Shown: in pieces, positions 1 through 12,725 of the stretch
Numbering within the stretch: position 1 is the first letter of the stretch
How the letters are laid out: each line of letters starts with the position of its first letter
Origin: Callorhinchus milii
Taxonomy: Eukaryota
NCBI RefSeq assembly: GCF_018977255.1
Contig: NW_024704749.1
Coordinates: 7,874,001-7,938,000 of the forward strand
Length of the DNA: 64,000 nucleotides
Direction of reading: 5' to 3'
Translations under genes and position numbers: made by a program
Notes under the pieces: generated by a model
What the model was told of the DNA's origin: nothing
Database searches by the model: none
What the model saw: the letters and a program-made list of their open reading frames with translations, nothing else

Positions 1-431
1 AGTGCTACAGCACAGATTTTGTTTATATATATTCAATCGAACAGTGATATTTTTCTCCATTTGAGCTACCTGGCTTAATACCACTGCTGCTCGCTCCCCC
101 TCTTTAGCATCTTTCAAGAATTTATCCAATCTCCTTTAAAAATAATTCACAGACTCTCCGTCAACAACACTCTGTGAACACTTTCCTTCATCACTATGAG
201 CGCCAGATGCTTCCCCATCCCCACCCCATACTCACGTTATTTAAAGAACTTTCTTTCAATAACATTATGTCCAATCTGTTAGTTCCAATATGAATTTATG
301 CTACATTTCTCAATCATGGATACCATTAATCATTAATACCATCAAATACAGACACAGTCTCTCCATGTCTAAACACGGTGCAAGTGTCTCATCCTAAAAT
401 AACATTGAATTAATGCAACAACAAAATTTAC

Positions 432-2528
432 CAAGACTCGGTCCGCAATCTTCAACTCGCGTTCCCCTTTCTTAACAGAACCGGCTTCCGAAAGGTTCGA
501 GATTGATTCGCTTGCGGTTCTTAAGAGGTTGGTCATGGAGGAAGGTGTGGTGGTGTCCTGTGGTGCCTTCTGGGGGGTTGCAGTGGATGCAGCTGTACTG
601 ATTGATGCAGACGTTGGCGATGTGGCCCGGGAAGTGGACCCTGCAGGAGTCTGCGCCCCATTGGCTTCGCTGTCTGCTGTTTGTTTCCTGGAGAGTTTAG
701 AAGGTCTCGTAAATATCCCACGCAGCGCCTCACACTGGAAGTACCGTACCCCCGCGACTGAACCGTCATTTTTGCCAATTGGTTCGTCCAAAACAATCCC
801 AGCCCATTGGCCTGGGGCAAACTGAGTCTCGCCTAGGAACTGGATGAAGCCAGGCTTCGTACCGTTGACCCAAATCCGTTCTCCAATTCTAAAATCATCC
901 ACAAACTCTTCCTGTGCCTCTGTAGTGGATGAACTTGGTGGCGACTTCTCACCAGGTGATGATTTTGCTGCAGCCACTGTCGGCGCTGTTGAGGGAGAAA
1001 GGATAAACATTTCAGAATGGATTTGCAATGTTCCTCACTCTCTTCTTGTTCAGTCACACCTCACTCTTTGACATGCAAGAATCAAACCCAGTTCTTAAGA
1101 AGGAATTGCCTCCTCAACCTCAAGCTCCCCTTCCAACAGTGATGCCATTCCAGCTAAGGGGGAGAAACAGCTAAATATCAGAGTCAGACACCATGCCTTT
1201 CTAGCCCAGGGGTGACAAGTTGATTAAAGTAATGCCACTCCCAGCCTGGTTCAGATCAGGTAACATATCCCAACCCTGAGACTCCCCTAGGCTTTACAGC
1301 ACTGGACCAAACTGAGCAGACTATCGAATGAACCATTCCATCGGGACACTTCAAGAAAACCTCCCAAAGTTTATAAAGTTTGGTCTTTTACCCATTTATT
1401 GCGCTAAGAATCACCAGCACAGCCAAGCGCAGCATGAATGCTGAAATACCCAGCATTCAGGTACGGCAAGCACAAGTTCATGGTCATAGTTCAGAGTAGG
1501 CACTGGACCACACTGGAAGCAGGTGACACCAAAGTTGTAATTTGAAAAGAAAACAGTAGTCAATGTAAAATAAACTCACTCAGAAGAAGAGGAGAGACAA
1601 AGAGTCCAGTACAGCCCGACTCGTTGCAAACAAGTCACTGAGGCTTTATCCCTCCCAACCACATCTTCCCTCACACCAACTGATCACATTCTGTGGGCCA
1701 TCACTGCAGATCTACTCTGTCAGTCCATCTCCCCTCAATTATGTGTCTTAAAAGATTCTCAAGAATATTTCTTTGTTTGACACCACACAGAGAGAAAACA
1801 GAGATATGCACATACACAGGCAAACAGAGAGGGGGAGAGAGGGAGGGAGAGAGAGTTCATTTTATTGCATTTAATTAAAAATTATTGGGCTGAAAGTCAC
1901 CAATCAACTGATTAAAGAATCACATTGAGCACTGAACCCCTCTCATTGAATAATAAATGAAAGGAGAATTGGAAAATATAATACTTGGCTTAATGCACAG
2001 GAATCATTGCTTTATAGTTCTTTAAGATCACCATTTGGCAACAAACTGGGCACTCCACCATTCTTTACTGCATACTCATTGCAGTGCAACAAATAGCGCA
2101 CAAATAATACAATCCAATGGACTAGCAATTTTTGATGATACATTTATTAAATTCCAGCCACTGAAGAGTGGAAACATGTTAACATCATGACTGTACTGTA
2201 TCACACCCTAAAACAATAGCTTGGGTTTGCAGTGCAAACAGCAGACCGACAAATTGAACAGCACAAAGCTGCAAAGACGGTAGAATAATCTCATCATAAA
2301 TTTTGCCTTAGGAGCTTTGACGAGACGGTGCTTGAGAATTTAAAGAGACAATCTCACATAAAATAAATTGTTGGTGTTAAGTTAAGTATCCTTTGCAACA
2401 GATCTAGCTTAAAGCCGAGATTCTAATCACTTACTTGATGATTGAGAAGCACTCGTCTTTGCTGCGGTACTCCCTGACTTGGCAATCTTGTTCGGAGCCT
2501 TCAGCCCACTCGGCTTTAGGAGACTCAT
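432..2528 (-). CDS. CLIP1: CAP-Gly domain-containing linker protein 1 (CLIP-170), first two coding exons; gene continues off the left edge
   Basis: Coding exon 2528-2435 reads [31 protein letters not shown] with a GTAAGT donor; its acceptor is at 2647 in the 5'UTR. Exon 985-432 encodes CAP-Gly 1 ([59 protein letters not shown] motif) through [12 protein letters not shown]. Phases are compatible and synteny with ZCCHC8 fits. Confidence 0.95.
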
Positions 2529-5500
2529 CCTCCTTCTCCCCCTCCCCTCTGTCTGGTTCCAGCCTTTGTCTCAAAACAGGGATGAGCTTTTCCCAATCAT
2601 TGGTTTGCCTGCACGGCTTTCAGATCCCACCCGTCATCCGGCAAAACCTGGAGGGGGAGAGAGAACATTTCACAGGCTGTGGGGGAAAAAAATCTTCTGG
2701 CACCCACAGAAAAAAAAGGTACTGAATCATTGCAGCAAGCAGCCTACAGCACAGCTTCCTCCCGACAAAGCACAATGCTCCGTTCCACACACGCCTGAGC
2801 TCCTATCAATGCACTCTTCAAAGAGGTCCTCCTCCCCTAAACCATCTCATAAAAGCTTGTGAGTTTTTTTAAAAAAAATCTGAATCAATTATTAGGTCCC
2901 CAATTAATTAGTCATCATTTGTGGCCAGTGCAGAAATCATCATTTTAATAGTTTTCACTTCTCTGCGGTACAAGGTTAAATACACATGGATCAGTTTTAA
3001 AGATGTTCAAAAAACACACAGCTAAAATGCATATGGAATATTTTGGGTAGTTTCACGGCAAGTCTTTTGTCTGCCGCACAAGGCCTTTCGTTCCCTACGA
3101 TTTATAGTCCCGTTTACACAGCGGATCACCAAACCTGGGGTGCCCTCTTTTGTTGGAAACACATAAAGCAGTTATTGGTAAAATTTATACCTTGCTTCTG
3201 AAATGAAAAGGCATCAAATAGACAATGGGATGCACTGAACCCATAGAGTTCATGTATTATTAATGATAAAGCTGCTGGCTCCCAGTAATTAATTGGCTGC
3301 AAAATGAAAACCCGGCATCTATGGTGGTTTCCCAAAGCATCAACAAATCATTTAAGGTTCTTCACACTACTCAGAGGTCACTGAACATCTAATGCAACTT
3401 TCAAAAGGGTGTTTAAAAAAAATCTCCACAAAACAAATTCATTCAAGGCAGCAGGAAGCCAATAAAAGCGAGGAAATAATTCTGTACGTGGTCCATGCGC
3501 GGAGTTTTCAAAATGAATGAATGAGTGCGGAGACCAATTTCGTATCAGATCGATGTCTGCCATCCATTTCACAGCATCCGTTCAACATTCACAGCAAAAA
3601 CGAAGGTTACTGTAGAAACCTCAAGAGTTATTTGACATGCTTGCTCCAACACAAAGCTTGGCAATAAAGTGCAAATATGCACAGTTTTAAAGTTTCATTT
3701 GATTCCCAAGGTAAAATACTCCCAAATTTTCCAGTCCCATGTGAACTTTGATTATGTCTTGTAATTCTCTGCCTTCACATTGATATTCATTTACTAACAT
3801 TCCAGAGACAAATCATGCAATGCAGAGTGAATGGAATTAAAGGTTTCTTTACAAATTCCCATAGTTAGCTTCACTAAACTCCCCCTGTGTCACATACCAT
3901 TCATTGACCCAGACTAGACTCCCTTCTGTGCTGCTGGCAATGCCCAACAAAATAGCGGCAACAAATCCACTCCCTTTTCACCCATGTCCCTGATCCAGGA
4001 ATTTTTTTCTCCTGCACCTTGTAATTATACAGTGCCTTTCCTGTAGAAGAAACTTGTTAAGTGCTTCACATAACAAGATTAATGAGATAGGATGGGAATT
4101 TTATGTGGGCAAAGGCAACAACTAATTTTCACCATCAACCTTCCACAAACAAGTTGCCAAAGGTTTTAAACACAGGATGAACAGAAGCCAGGACAACCAG
4201 GAGAATGTTTTCTACCCTAAGGAGATACCCAAAGTGCATTATCGATTACATCTATAAACACGGGCTTGGGGAGCACAGGCATTTAGGAAAATACATTTGT
4301 AGAGCGGAAGAAAAAAAATCTGTTAAAAAAGAAATTGACAGCTCCTCTCTGCAGAGAGAAGGGATGGAGTTGAACAGTTCTATGGCGAGATTGACATAGC
4401 GAGGCTGAAAATTCAAAATGGAACAGGACCGTCGAACAGAGCACTATGTCGGGCTGCCAAAAATTGTTAGGTTTTCACTTCACCCTTTACTTAAATGGAA
4501 TATATATTTATTCACAGTATCCGATGATAAGCCAAACACAACATTTACAGAAAAGTAACCTCAGAATTTTACTCATACGTAAGCCTTTCCAATACTTCCA
4601 CCTCAGTCATTTCCAGTATTATAGAATATAGGGTTTCATTTAGCTGGAACTGTCCTCTGTTATATCACCAAGTCATACATAAAATTATACAGCAGACATT
4701 TAATCTGATCGATAAATACAGAGTGAGTGGGAAAGTATCTGTAAATGGGACAGAAGAGGTTTTATTTAAGCTTTCCTGATTTTTAATATTAACTTCACAC
4801 CTGTCACTTTACAGTATTGCCCATTGAAAACCTATCCGTTCAGTAAGACAGAGATCCAGTAACTGTACAGTGAAATAAAGCCCAGGCCAACAGGATAAAG
4901 TTTCTCTGCCTCTGACATAAGTAGCTTATACCTTAAATGGATCAAGTTGAGATTAAATAAAAGAAGGTAAAAGTAAAACCACTGTAGTGGAAGTGCAAAA
5001 AAATAAAACTAAAGTAATTTTACTTTAAAGTTTAGTGGGTCAGCCCAAGACATGTTGATGATATTCAGTGCTTCAAATTAAACTTTACTCTATTAGCTGT
5101 GCTACACTCTGATTAATTCAGACTGGCTCACAGATGAGGACTTATCCCTGAGTATAAATCATATCTTCAGGGGAAAATTTAAAGGATATCTGATGTACTG
5201 TATAGAGAAAGACACTTCTGTCAGGAACAGGGCAAATCCAATCTTCACACATGGGAGAGGCTCTGTGATTGATGTTAAGGGAGACAGCTACTAGAATTCC
5301 AGTTGGGAGATGGCAATGGCAGCAGTGAGCACATCAATTGAAAATGAGAAATATTCCATGGAGCCTTACCAAGAGTTCTCAATGTTCTGGAAGTGTTACA
5401 GGAGCTGCTCTCCAGTCATGTAAATCAACACAAAATACAAACTCTGGCTAAGATTTCCACAGGGAGACTTGTGATTGGCGTAAATATCAAGTAGCACTTT

Positions 5501-5690
5501 TATCCAACCATAAACTTACAAGTGTTTACCCTCTTCTTCCCTGTTGTCAGATCTTCAATCCACAAACTATGAGGAACAGTCGCTGTTGAAACTGTTTGAG
5601 TGCTGTCTGCTGGATCCAACAGCTCAGCAGTTGTATTAAAAGCGAAGTGCAAAAAAAAAGCCAACTTCCAGGTCATTAGATCGCTGCTGT

Positions 5691-5721
5691 CACTTCCTGC
5701 AGGAAGTGTGCAGGAACCACA
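5691..5721. promoter_or_regulatory. Palindromic double ETS site plus RUNX site in CLIP1 intron 1
   Basis: Perfect 18-bp palindrome CACTTCCTGCAGGAAGTG (5691-5708), a third GGAA at 5713, and AACCACA at 5715-5721. Confidence 0.35.
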
Positions 5722-7019
5722 AATTCTTTGCGAAGTGGCACCACAGTAAACTAAGGAACCAAATGGCAACATAATAGAGTTCTACTGTATATGTCAATTT
5801 AGAAACAGCGATTAGTTGTGAAGTGCTTTGAGACATATCAATGCTATAGGTGCTATATTAAATGCAAGGATTACTCACCATTTTAAAAACTAAATTTAAT
5901 TTAAATTTAACTAAATTAGTAAAACACCCCAATCAGGAGGCGAGAGATTATGTAAAATATTTGGTGCAGTGTAAAATGGGCTTGCCAACTTCCAACAATC
6001 TCACATTTCCACCTACAAACCGAGAATAGCTATTCTGCTTAGTCATTCGCCATAAACTCTTCTAACACTTAAAATCCCTCCATTTTCTCTTCAGCCTACT
6101 TACAGACTGCAGCCAAAAGGGAGCTTAGGCAATCCTCTTCAACTATCCTGTGAACCATCCAATTTAATCAGCATTACTTGTTAATACCTTTCTATGCTGT
6201 AGGGTGCTGGGAACTTGTCCTCCCCTTGTACTGTACATATTCGTTCACTTCAAATATTACAAACCATTTAACTGTTGAATGTGCTAAGAATCTCCTTTTC
6301 TACACAGGTAGCACTTTAAATACATTCCTACAACAAGCTAATAAATAAAGCTAGCTTTGCAGGACAAGCAACAGCAAATGACCAGAGCCCATTGGGTGCA
6401 AACAAAGTGTGGCTGTTTTGATAATAATAATACTTGCATTTGATACAGTGCCTTATGTTGTTGAGCTATCTCAAAGTGCTTTGCACTAATATGTAAACCA
6501 CCATCAAAAACTCACCAACAGAATTTCAACCACTTTCGTATTTAACAATAAGAGCATCTTACTGAATATTAGTCTTACCAATGAGTGAAGGGGGAAATAG
6601 ACTAATTAACGAAGCAGCGAGTCTGTCATCTAAATCGGGACGTAATGAGTATAGGAAGAGGCAGCCTCAGAGTACCAGGTTACCCAGGAAACATTCATTT
6701 GATACCAGTCTGTTTAAGAAGCAGCGGGTAAGAAGTCAAACCCATCTGAATATTAGGTTACCTGGGCGACAGGATAAATATATCAGTAGTAGAATTTTGG
6801 AAAACAAAATTTCACCAAATCTGCAGGACATAGACATTGCTATTGTCAACAAACAAGGAGCCATTCAGTCCATTGTCTGCACCACTGCTAACTGATCACC
6901 CTCATTATATACCAATGCAGTCACAGACCGATTTAGTAACACATACAATAAAATGGGCAAGAAAGTTTCAGTGCTCTCTGAACCAGCTCAGACTTCGACA
7001 AAACAGCTATTGAACTTTG

Positions 7020-7237
7020 GACAAAACACAAAATACTGCAGATGCTGGAATCTGAAACAAAAACAGAGAGCTGGGAAAACTCAGCAGGTCAGGCAGCATC
7101 TATGTAGAAAGGAAAGTGAGTCAACGTTTTGGGTCCAGTTCTGATGAAGGGTCGTGGACCTGAAATGTTGACTCACTTTCCTTTCTCCATAGATGCTGCC
7201 TGACCTGCTAAGGTTTCCCAAATCTCTCTGTTTTTGT
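7020..7237 (+). mobile_element. Penelope-like long inverted-repeat element with a minimal hammerhead-like core
   Basis: Imperfect inverted arms of about 70 bp (~7058-7129 and ~7163-7237) flank CTGATGA-AGGGTC-GTG-GACCT-GAAA-TGTT. Confidence 0.7.
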
Positions 7238-7689
7238 ATTGAACTTTGGGTTTGGTCAGAAATTGCAGCAACTCCGAATGAAAGTGTAAGCTAATTATAC
7301 AATATTGGTTTTCTGGATGATCACTGTACAACAAACATGCTAACCACCTGATGACACAGGAAGGACTGGACTCAAATTACTGCTCGCAATCCAAGCTATT
7401 CTGCAAGATAATAAACGTATCAGACTTCAGCTCACAAACTGCCTCTGGGACACAACAGTAAATGTAAATGGCAGGGAGATCAAATTCACTTTGGGAGTAT
7501 TGATCTGCACTGAATTCAATCTCCTTTGTCAGAAGCACCAGTCTGAAGGGTCCTGAACTGGAACTATTTACAAAGTCGTACCACTGACATTCAAAGTGTC
7601 CTGATAGCCTATTTGAAAAGTAGGAAACAAATGCAAAAGCGATTTGGTCAAAATACACTAGGAAAATATAAAGGCTTAAGGAGCAAGTA

Positions 7690-8150
7690 GGATATAGTCA
7701 TATCTTAATGGGAGTCAGCATTTTATAAAAAGTAGTGGAGAAGGTGCAGCATAGATTCACTCTTATCTCTGTTACCAGGGATAAATAAGCATTTTCAATT
7801 GCTTAGAATGATATTAGAAGTTAATTTTTTTCACTAGAGCTGAAAAGATTAAAGGATGATCTAATAGAGATCAAGATTATTAAGGGTTCCAACAAGGTAA
7901 ATAATCACTCATGGAATTTAAAGAGCAGTTAGAAGATTATGTCCACCCCAAGCATAACTGGAATGCAGAATTCTCTGCTGGGAATCGTTAAGAGGCAGAT
8001 CAAAACAATTCTTTAAAATATTGGATAGATCTTTGAAGAGGAGGAGCATTAATGGTCTAAGAAGAATGCAGGAAAGTGGGATTAGACTGGGGGAACCACA
8101 TGGAGAAAAACATCAGTGAAAACTTGATTGACTTCATGACCTGTTTTAGA
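7690..8150 (+). mobile_element. Degenerate CR1-type LINE 3' fragment
   Basis: Decayed CR1-like 3' phrases (GATCTAATAGAG..AAGATTATTAAGGG, TTGGATAGAT, GCAGGAAAGTGGGATTAG); no ORF. Boundaries approximate. Confidence 0.45.
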
Positions 8151-11100
8151 ACTGCAACATTCCAGATTGATTCGCAGCCAATTACACCCATTCAATATTT
8201 TATTTGATTGATGCATTATTTTAACTGGCTCATAAGCAGGGACACTATTTTTCACAAGATCAACAAGGTTGAAGAAACAGTGAACAGCAATCACTAGACA
8301 TGCTGTCACAGGATAGCAGGTAGTTTTGAGGTTGCACTTGTCAGCACATGTTGCAGAACCTTGCTCTAATATCAGTGGAGGTGCTGAGCAGAGCAGAGGG
8401 CAATCTTCACCATTGTATCGCAAAGTTAGCAGTGGCTCAGACGAGGTCATCTGACTTCTGCCCGAGCCAGGGAATGATCCATGTCAGCATGACAAGGCTA
8501 CTATAAATACGACCTTAGTCAGACCTCGTGTTAATATGACTAAAATATCAACATGGGATTCTCACAAGTACATGTTCAAAGATACCAATGCAACAGCATT
8601 AGTATTTACAGGTTTTTACAAGTTCAATTACAAAAAAAATTTCACAATCTTAAAATTAAGACTAAATGATTGCGCAAATGTGGAAGGCACTGCCCTATAA
8701 GCTGAATTAATTAGGATTTTAAAAGAGAGGACACTTGGAAGGAAAGTAAGTCTATAATAAAGGATGCGGAGAAAAGGCAGGGAAATGGGCTTCGGTCTTC
8801 ATGAGAGAAAATCAAATATTTACAGTCTCAGTAATTCCAAAATCCTCTCTCCTCCTCCGGCCCCAAGCTTTCTTCAAATCACAGTTTGGACCAGCGCATT
8901 GCAAGTACAGTGCACCTGCAATGCATAGGAAACCCAACCCAAAAGAGAGCAAGTAATTTCCCAGACTGTGAAACAACTCAAGCATTTGGCAGCCTCGCCC
9001 TATAGTGTCCCTCCCATTAGCTGATCGGATCACAGAGCGGCTTTGATGGCAACATAGTCCCCACCTGCCCTCCCAGCTAACTGGTGGCCTCGCCACTGCG
9101 CAGAACACAAAAGGAGAAACACAAAGACGTAGCAAATCTTTATTCTAAAGAAAAGTGCATAATCAGCCACAGACTAAGACTGAAAAGTGGCAGATTTTAT
9201 GCACACAAGCACAGTTCCTCAAAACGACAGCCTGACATGGAAAATCAGACGCATCGTGTCTGAATCGTTTCTCCTACCTTCTCGATCCTGATCCTTGGGC
9301 TGAAAGCTGAAACTTTATGTGGCGTGCACTTTCCTGAACAAAGCACCTGCATAATTTATGACTCAAATTGACAGTAAAGGGAAGACTGTAAGCAATCTAG
9401 CACAACAATGTTTTGGTGTTTATAAAAGCGCAGCAAGAGAGAAAAATGCACGGGGCATTGTACCTTCAAATAGACAGTCACTATACCTTACTCTGTGAGG
9501 ACTTTGGAACATTTTGATGCAATAGAGGCGTCATCTCAAATGCACATTTTTTTATGATACAGCTGTACAGGATCTGCACAGCTTTTGGTTATATTTCTCA
9601 AAAGGGAATTGTAAACTTGTACTCTGCACTCTCTAGCAAAATACAATCTGCAGCCACCAACATCTGAACGAGAACAGAAACCCCTGACTGCACCAGTCTA
9701 TTCTTTATTAATCCTACTTTGCAGCTCTTTCCCCACCCACAGCTCCCAACACAACACTTCAGTTTTAGAAGATCAAATTTAGTACAAGGCACAACAGAGA
9801 CACATTGCGACACTTACCTATCCACACTGGTTAAAACAGTTCACTTGAAATCAAAAGGACTTTCTGGTTTTCCCTCGGTTTGGTAAGTTTGCCAAGTCTG
9901 AGGCTGGCTGGGACAAGAGTACATCATATCCTGTTTATAGCAGTGAGTTATATTACTCAGCTCAAGATTAACTGTTCCTTGTACAGGAGGTGGAACAAAC
10001 AAAAATAGTTTAACGGGGAGCAGGTTAAACAGAGGGCATGAATGACAAAAGCTACATCACTTCCTTCAAGTGAAAGGCAACACAACTACACTAAGATATT
10101 AAAGATCAATCTGATGTCTGAATGCCAGGGCCACAAAAATGCAAGTAAATTCCAAGCATAATTCTAAACATCCAACAGCAGATAAAGTGTCTGAACAGCA
10201 GCAAACATATAATCTGGTATCTTTATCATCAAAAGGTTTGAATTTTCTTTGCAATCAAAATGGACAGACTTTAGCACAGATGGGTTTTATGCAGAGATAT
10301 GCCCTGAAATGCAGTGCTGGTTATTAGTTTACAAGCTGGGTGTCTGACATATGTGCTGCTTTAAATTGTAATCTGAGCAGGCCAGAGTTAAACCACCATG
10401 ACCTTAACACATTTCTGTGGAATTCATCGACCATGCAATGGATTAGGAAATTACACTCTCTTGATTACAATGTGACACCCAAATTAATAAAAAAAAGTTT
10501 AATGACTTCCATTGGAGTGAAGGTTTTTTGAGACAAAGGCTGCATCTGTTTTGATGGGTTTTGTATTTGGTACTAAAGAACATTTAGTATCTGAAGAATT
10601 CTCACTATTCAAAGCAGCTACTGCACACAGTGAGAGGGGAAGAGAATAATCACTTCTACCCGATTGTCACCAACAATGACACCAACATTGTCAGTCACAT
10701 AATAATATCCTTGCATTTGATACTAACACCATTATCTCACCAAGAGCTTCACACGAGCGATGCACAAAGGGATTGTCTCCTCCCCGCCCACTCACAGCAA
10801 AATATATTTTGGGTATTCTGAGGGAACCTGGAATTTTGAAAGCTTTTTAAAAAAAACAGTCCCCTGAGAATAAATTGAGTTCACACCACAACAAATCCCA
10901 AAAGTTTAAAAATGAAGGCTGATCCAAGTTAGTTCATCTACTAAGAGGCAAGCAATTAAAACATTTAGTCATGCCCAATGTGTTCTCTGGTTTATTTCCA
11001 ATTAAAATGCATAGATATCCATCAGGTGTTTTTAACCTGAATTCCATAAACTGATAACATTTTTTTACATTTTAAATAAAGAAGAACTCCTGAAACATGT

Positions 11101-11999
11101 TAATTGAAGCAGCTCTAATTATAATATGAATAGCAGTGAATCTACACAGAAAAATGGTCACTGCTTGACAATAATTACTGTGAAGCCCTTTGAGATATTT
11201 GACTCAATAAGGCCCTATAAAAATGCTAGTTCTTCTTTCTAGTGTGTTGCTCTTTGATCTTTACAATGTATTTTAAGAGGATTTGCCTTTTTGTATTTGC
11301 CAAGTGATAAAGCACACCAATCTGAATCCCCCCATACTGATCCTGTTGAAAAAACAAATCTGTAAGTGGTTTGCCAAATCACATTGTGTTACAAATTCCA
11401 TTTTTGACAAGTTAAGTTAGATGAGAGAAAAGACAAATGATGAAGCAAAAGAGGAAACTAAATGTTGAAAAAATTGTTTTTCACAAGTTTCCTCTAAATT
11501 ATACTTTGTGATTTAAAGCAGGTTCTACCGTCCTCTCAGAAATCTTCAAACTCTTTTTCAAAATACAGAAGAAGGTTTTAATTCTTCCCTTGGTACAAAA
11601 TGAATACTGTCTTAAAGATCATGGAATACCTCATCTGTGTAACAGTATTTATTCTCTTTGCCAAATAAACTATCTATTGTTCATGCAACACAAATTGCCA
11701 ATTTGAGTGACTACTGCATTGTTATCATAATTCCATTTCTATCAGCTCTGTCACAGTCTGTCACTGACTGAACAAGAACATCCAATGGTAATCATTACAC
11801 AGTAGATGATTGCACAACCTCGGCTTCGCCAAAAGTAATGAAATCACCACAATTTTCAGCTCAAATGCCCTTTAACAGTTTCAGGATATGTTTGAAATCC
11901 CAAATGCGGCAAATGAAATATACAGGAAAAATTAAAACAGAAAGCTTGAGAAAAAAACTCCAGTATCTGAAAGGGTCTAAGCATAATCTACTATACATA

Positions 12000-12725
12000 T
12001 ATAAGACATGGAGTCAACTTCCACACGTATGCAGATGATACCCAACTCTCTGCCTCTACCCTAGGCTCCAGGACCACTGTTGTCCTGACAGAAGGTCTGT
12101 CAGACATCAAGTCCTGGATGAGAGCTAATATTCTACACTTGAACGTCAACAAGACTGATGCACTCCTGATTGGCTCCAGTCAGCGCCTCCAAACCTAAGG
12201 TGCTGAGAGCATCACCATCCGTGGATGCACACTCCACCTTACTAAGCCAGTCCGGAACCTTGGCGTCTTGTTTGACCCTCAACTATATTTCTACCCCACA
12301 ACTGTGCCATGACCCGCTCTGCCTTCCCTCACCTCCGGAACATCACCCGACTCCGCCACCGTCTCACACCCCAGGCTGCCGAAACCCTCATACACGCTTT
12401 CATTACATCGAGGCTTGACTATACAAACATCTTACTTGTCGGCCTCCCCAACTCTTCCCTCCATAGGCTGCAGATCATCCAGAACTCTGCAACCCGTGTC
12501 CTTTCCCGCACCAGGCTCCCATTACCCCCATCCTCGCCTGACTCTACTGGCTTCCCATCACACAGAGGATACAGTTCAAGATCCTGGTCCTCACCTTCAA
12601 AACCCTCCATGTTCTTGTTCTCTCCTACCTCTGCAAGCTCCTAACCCCCTATCATCCTGCTCGCTCCCACCACTCAGCTGGCTCCGGCCTTACATACCTT
12701 GTATCTCATCCTTCCAAATCTTGCA
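12000..12725 (+). mobile_element. L2-clade LINE ORF2 reverse-transcriptase fragment (frameshifted)
   Basis: HGVNFHTYADDTQL (YADD motif) at ~12008, and HLRNITRLRHRLTPQAAETLIHAFITSRLDYTNILLVGLP...RLQIIQNSATRVL, typical of the L2 RT C-terminal region. Confidence 0.9.

Noticed and set aside
9812-9900. Strong minus-strand donor (TAG|GTAAGT) suggesting another CLIP1 5' exon
   Set aside because: No convincing acceptor or promoter nearby; isolated donors occur often by chance.
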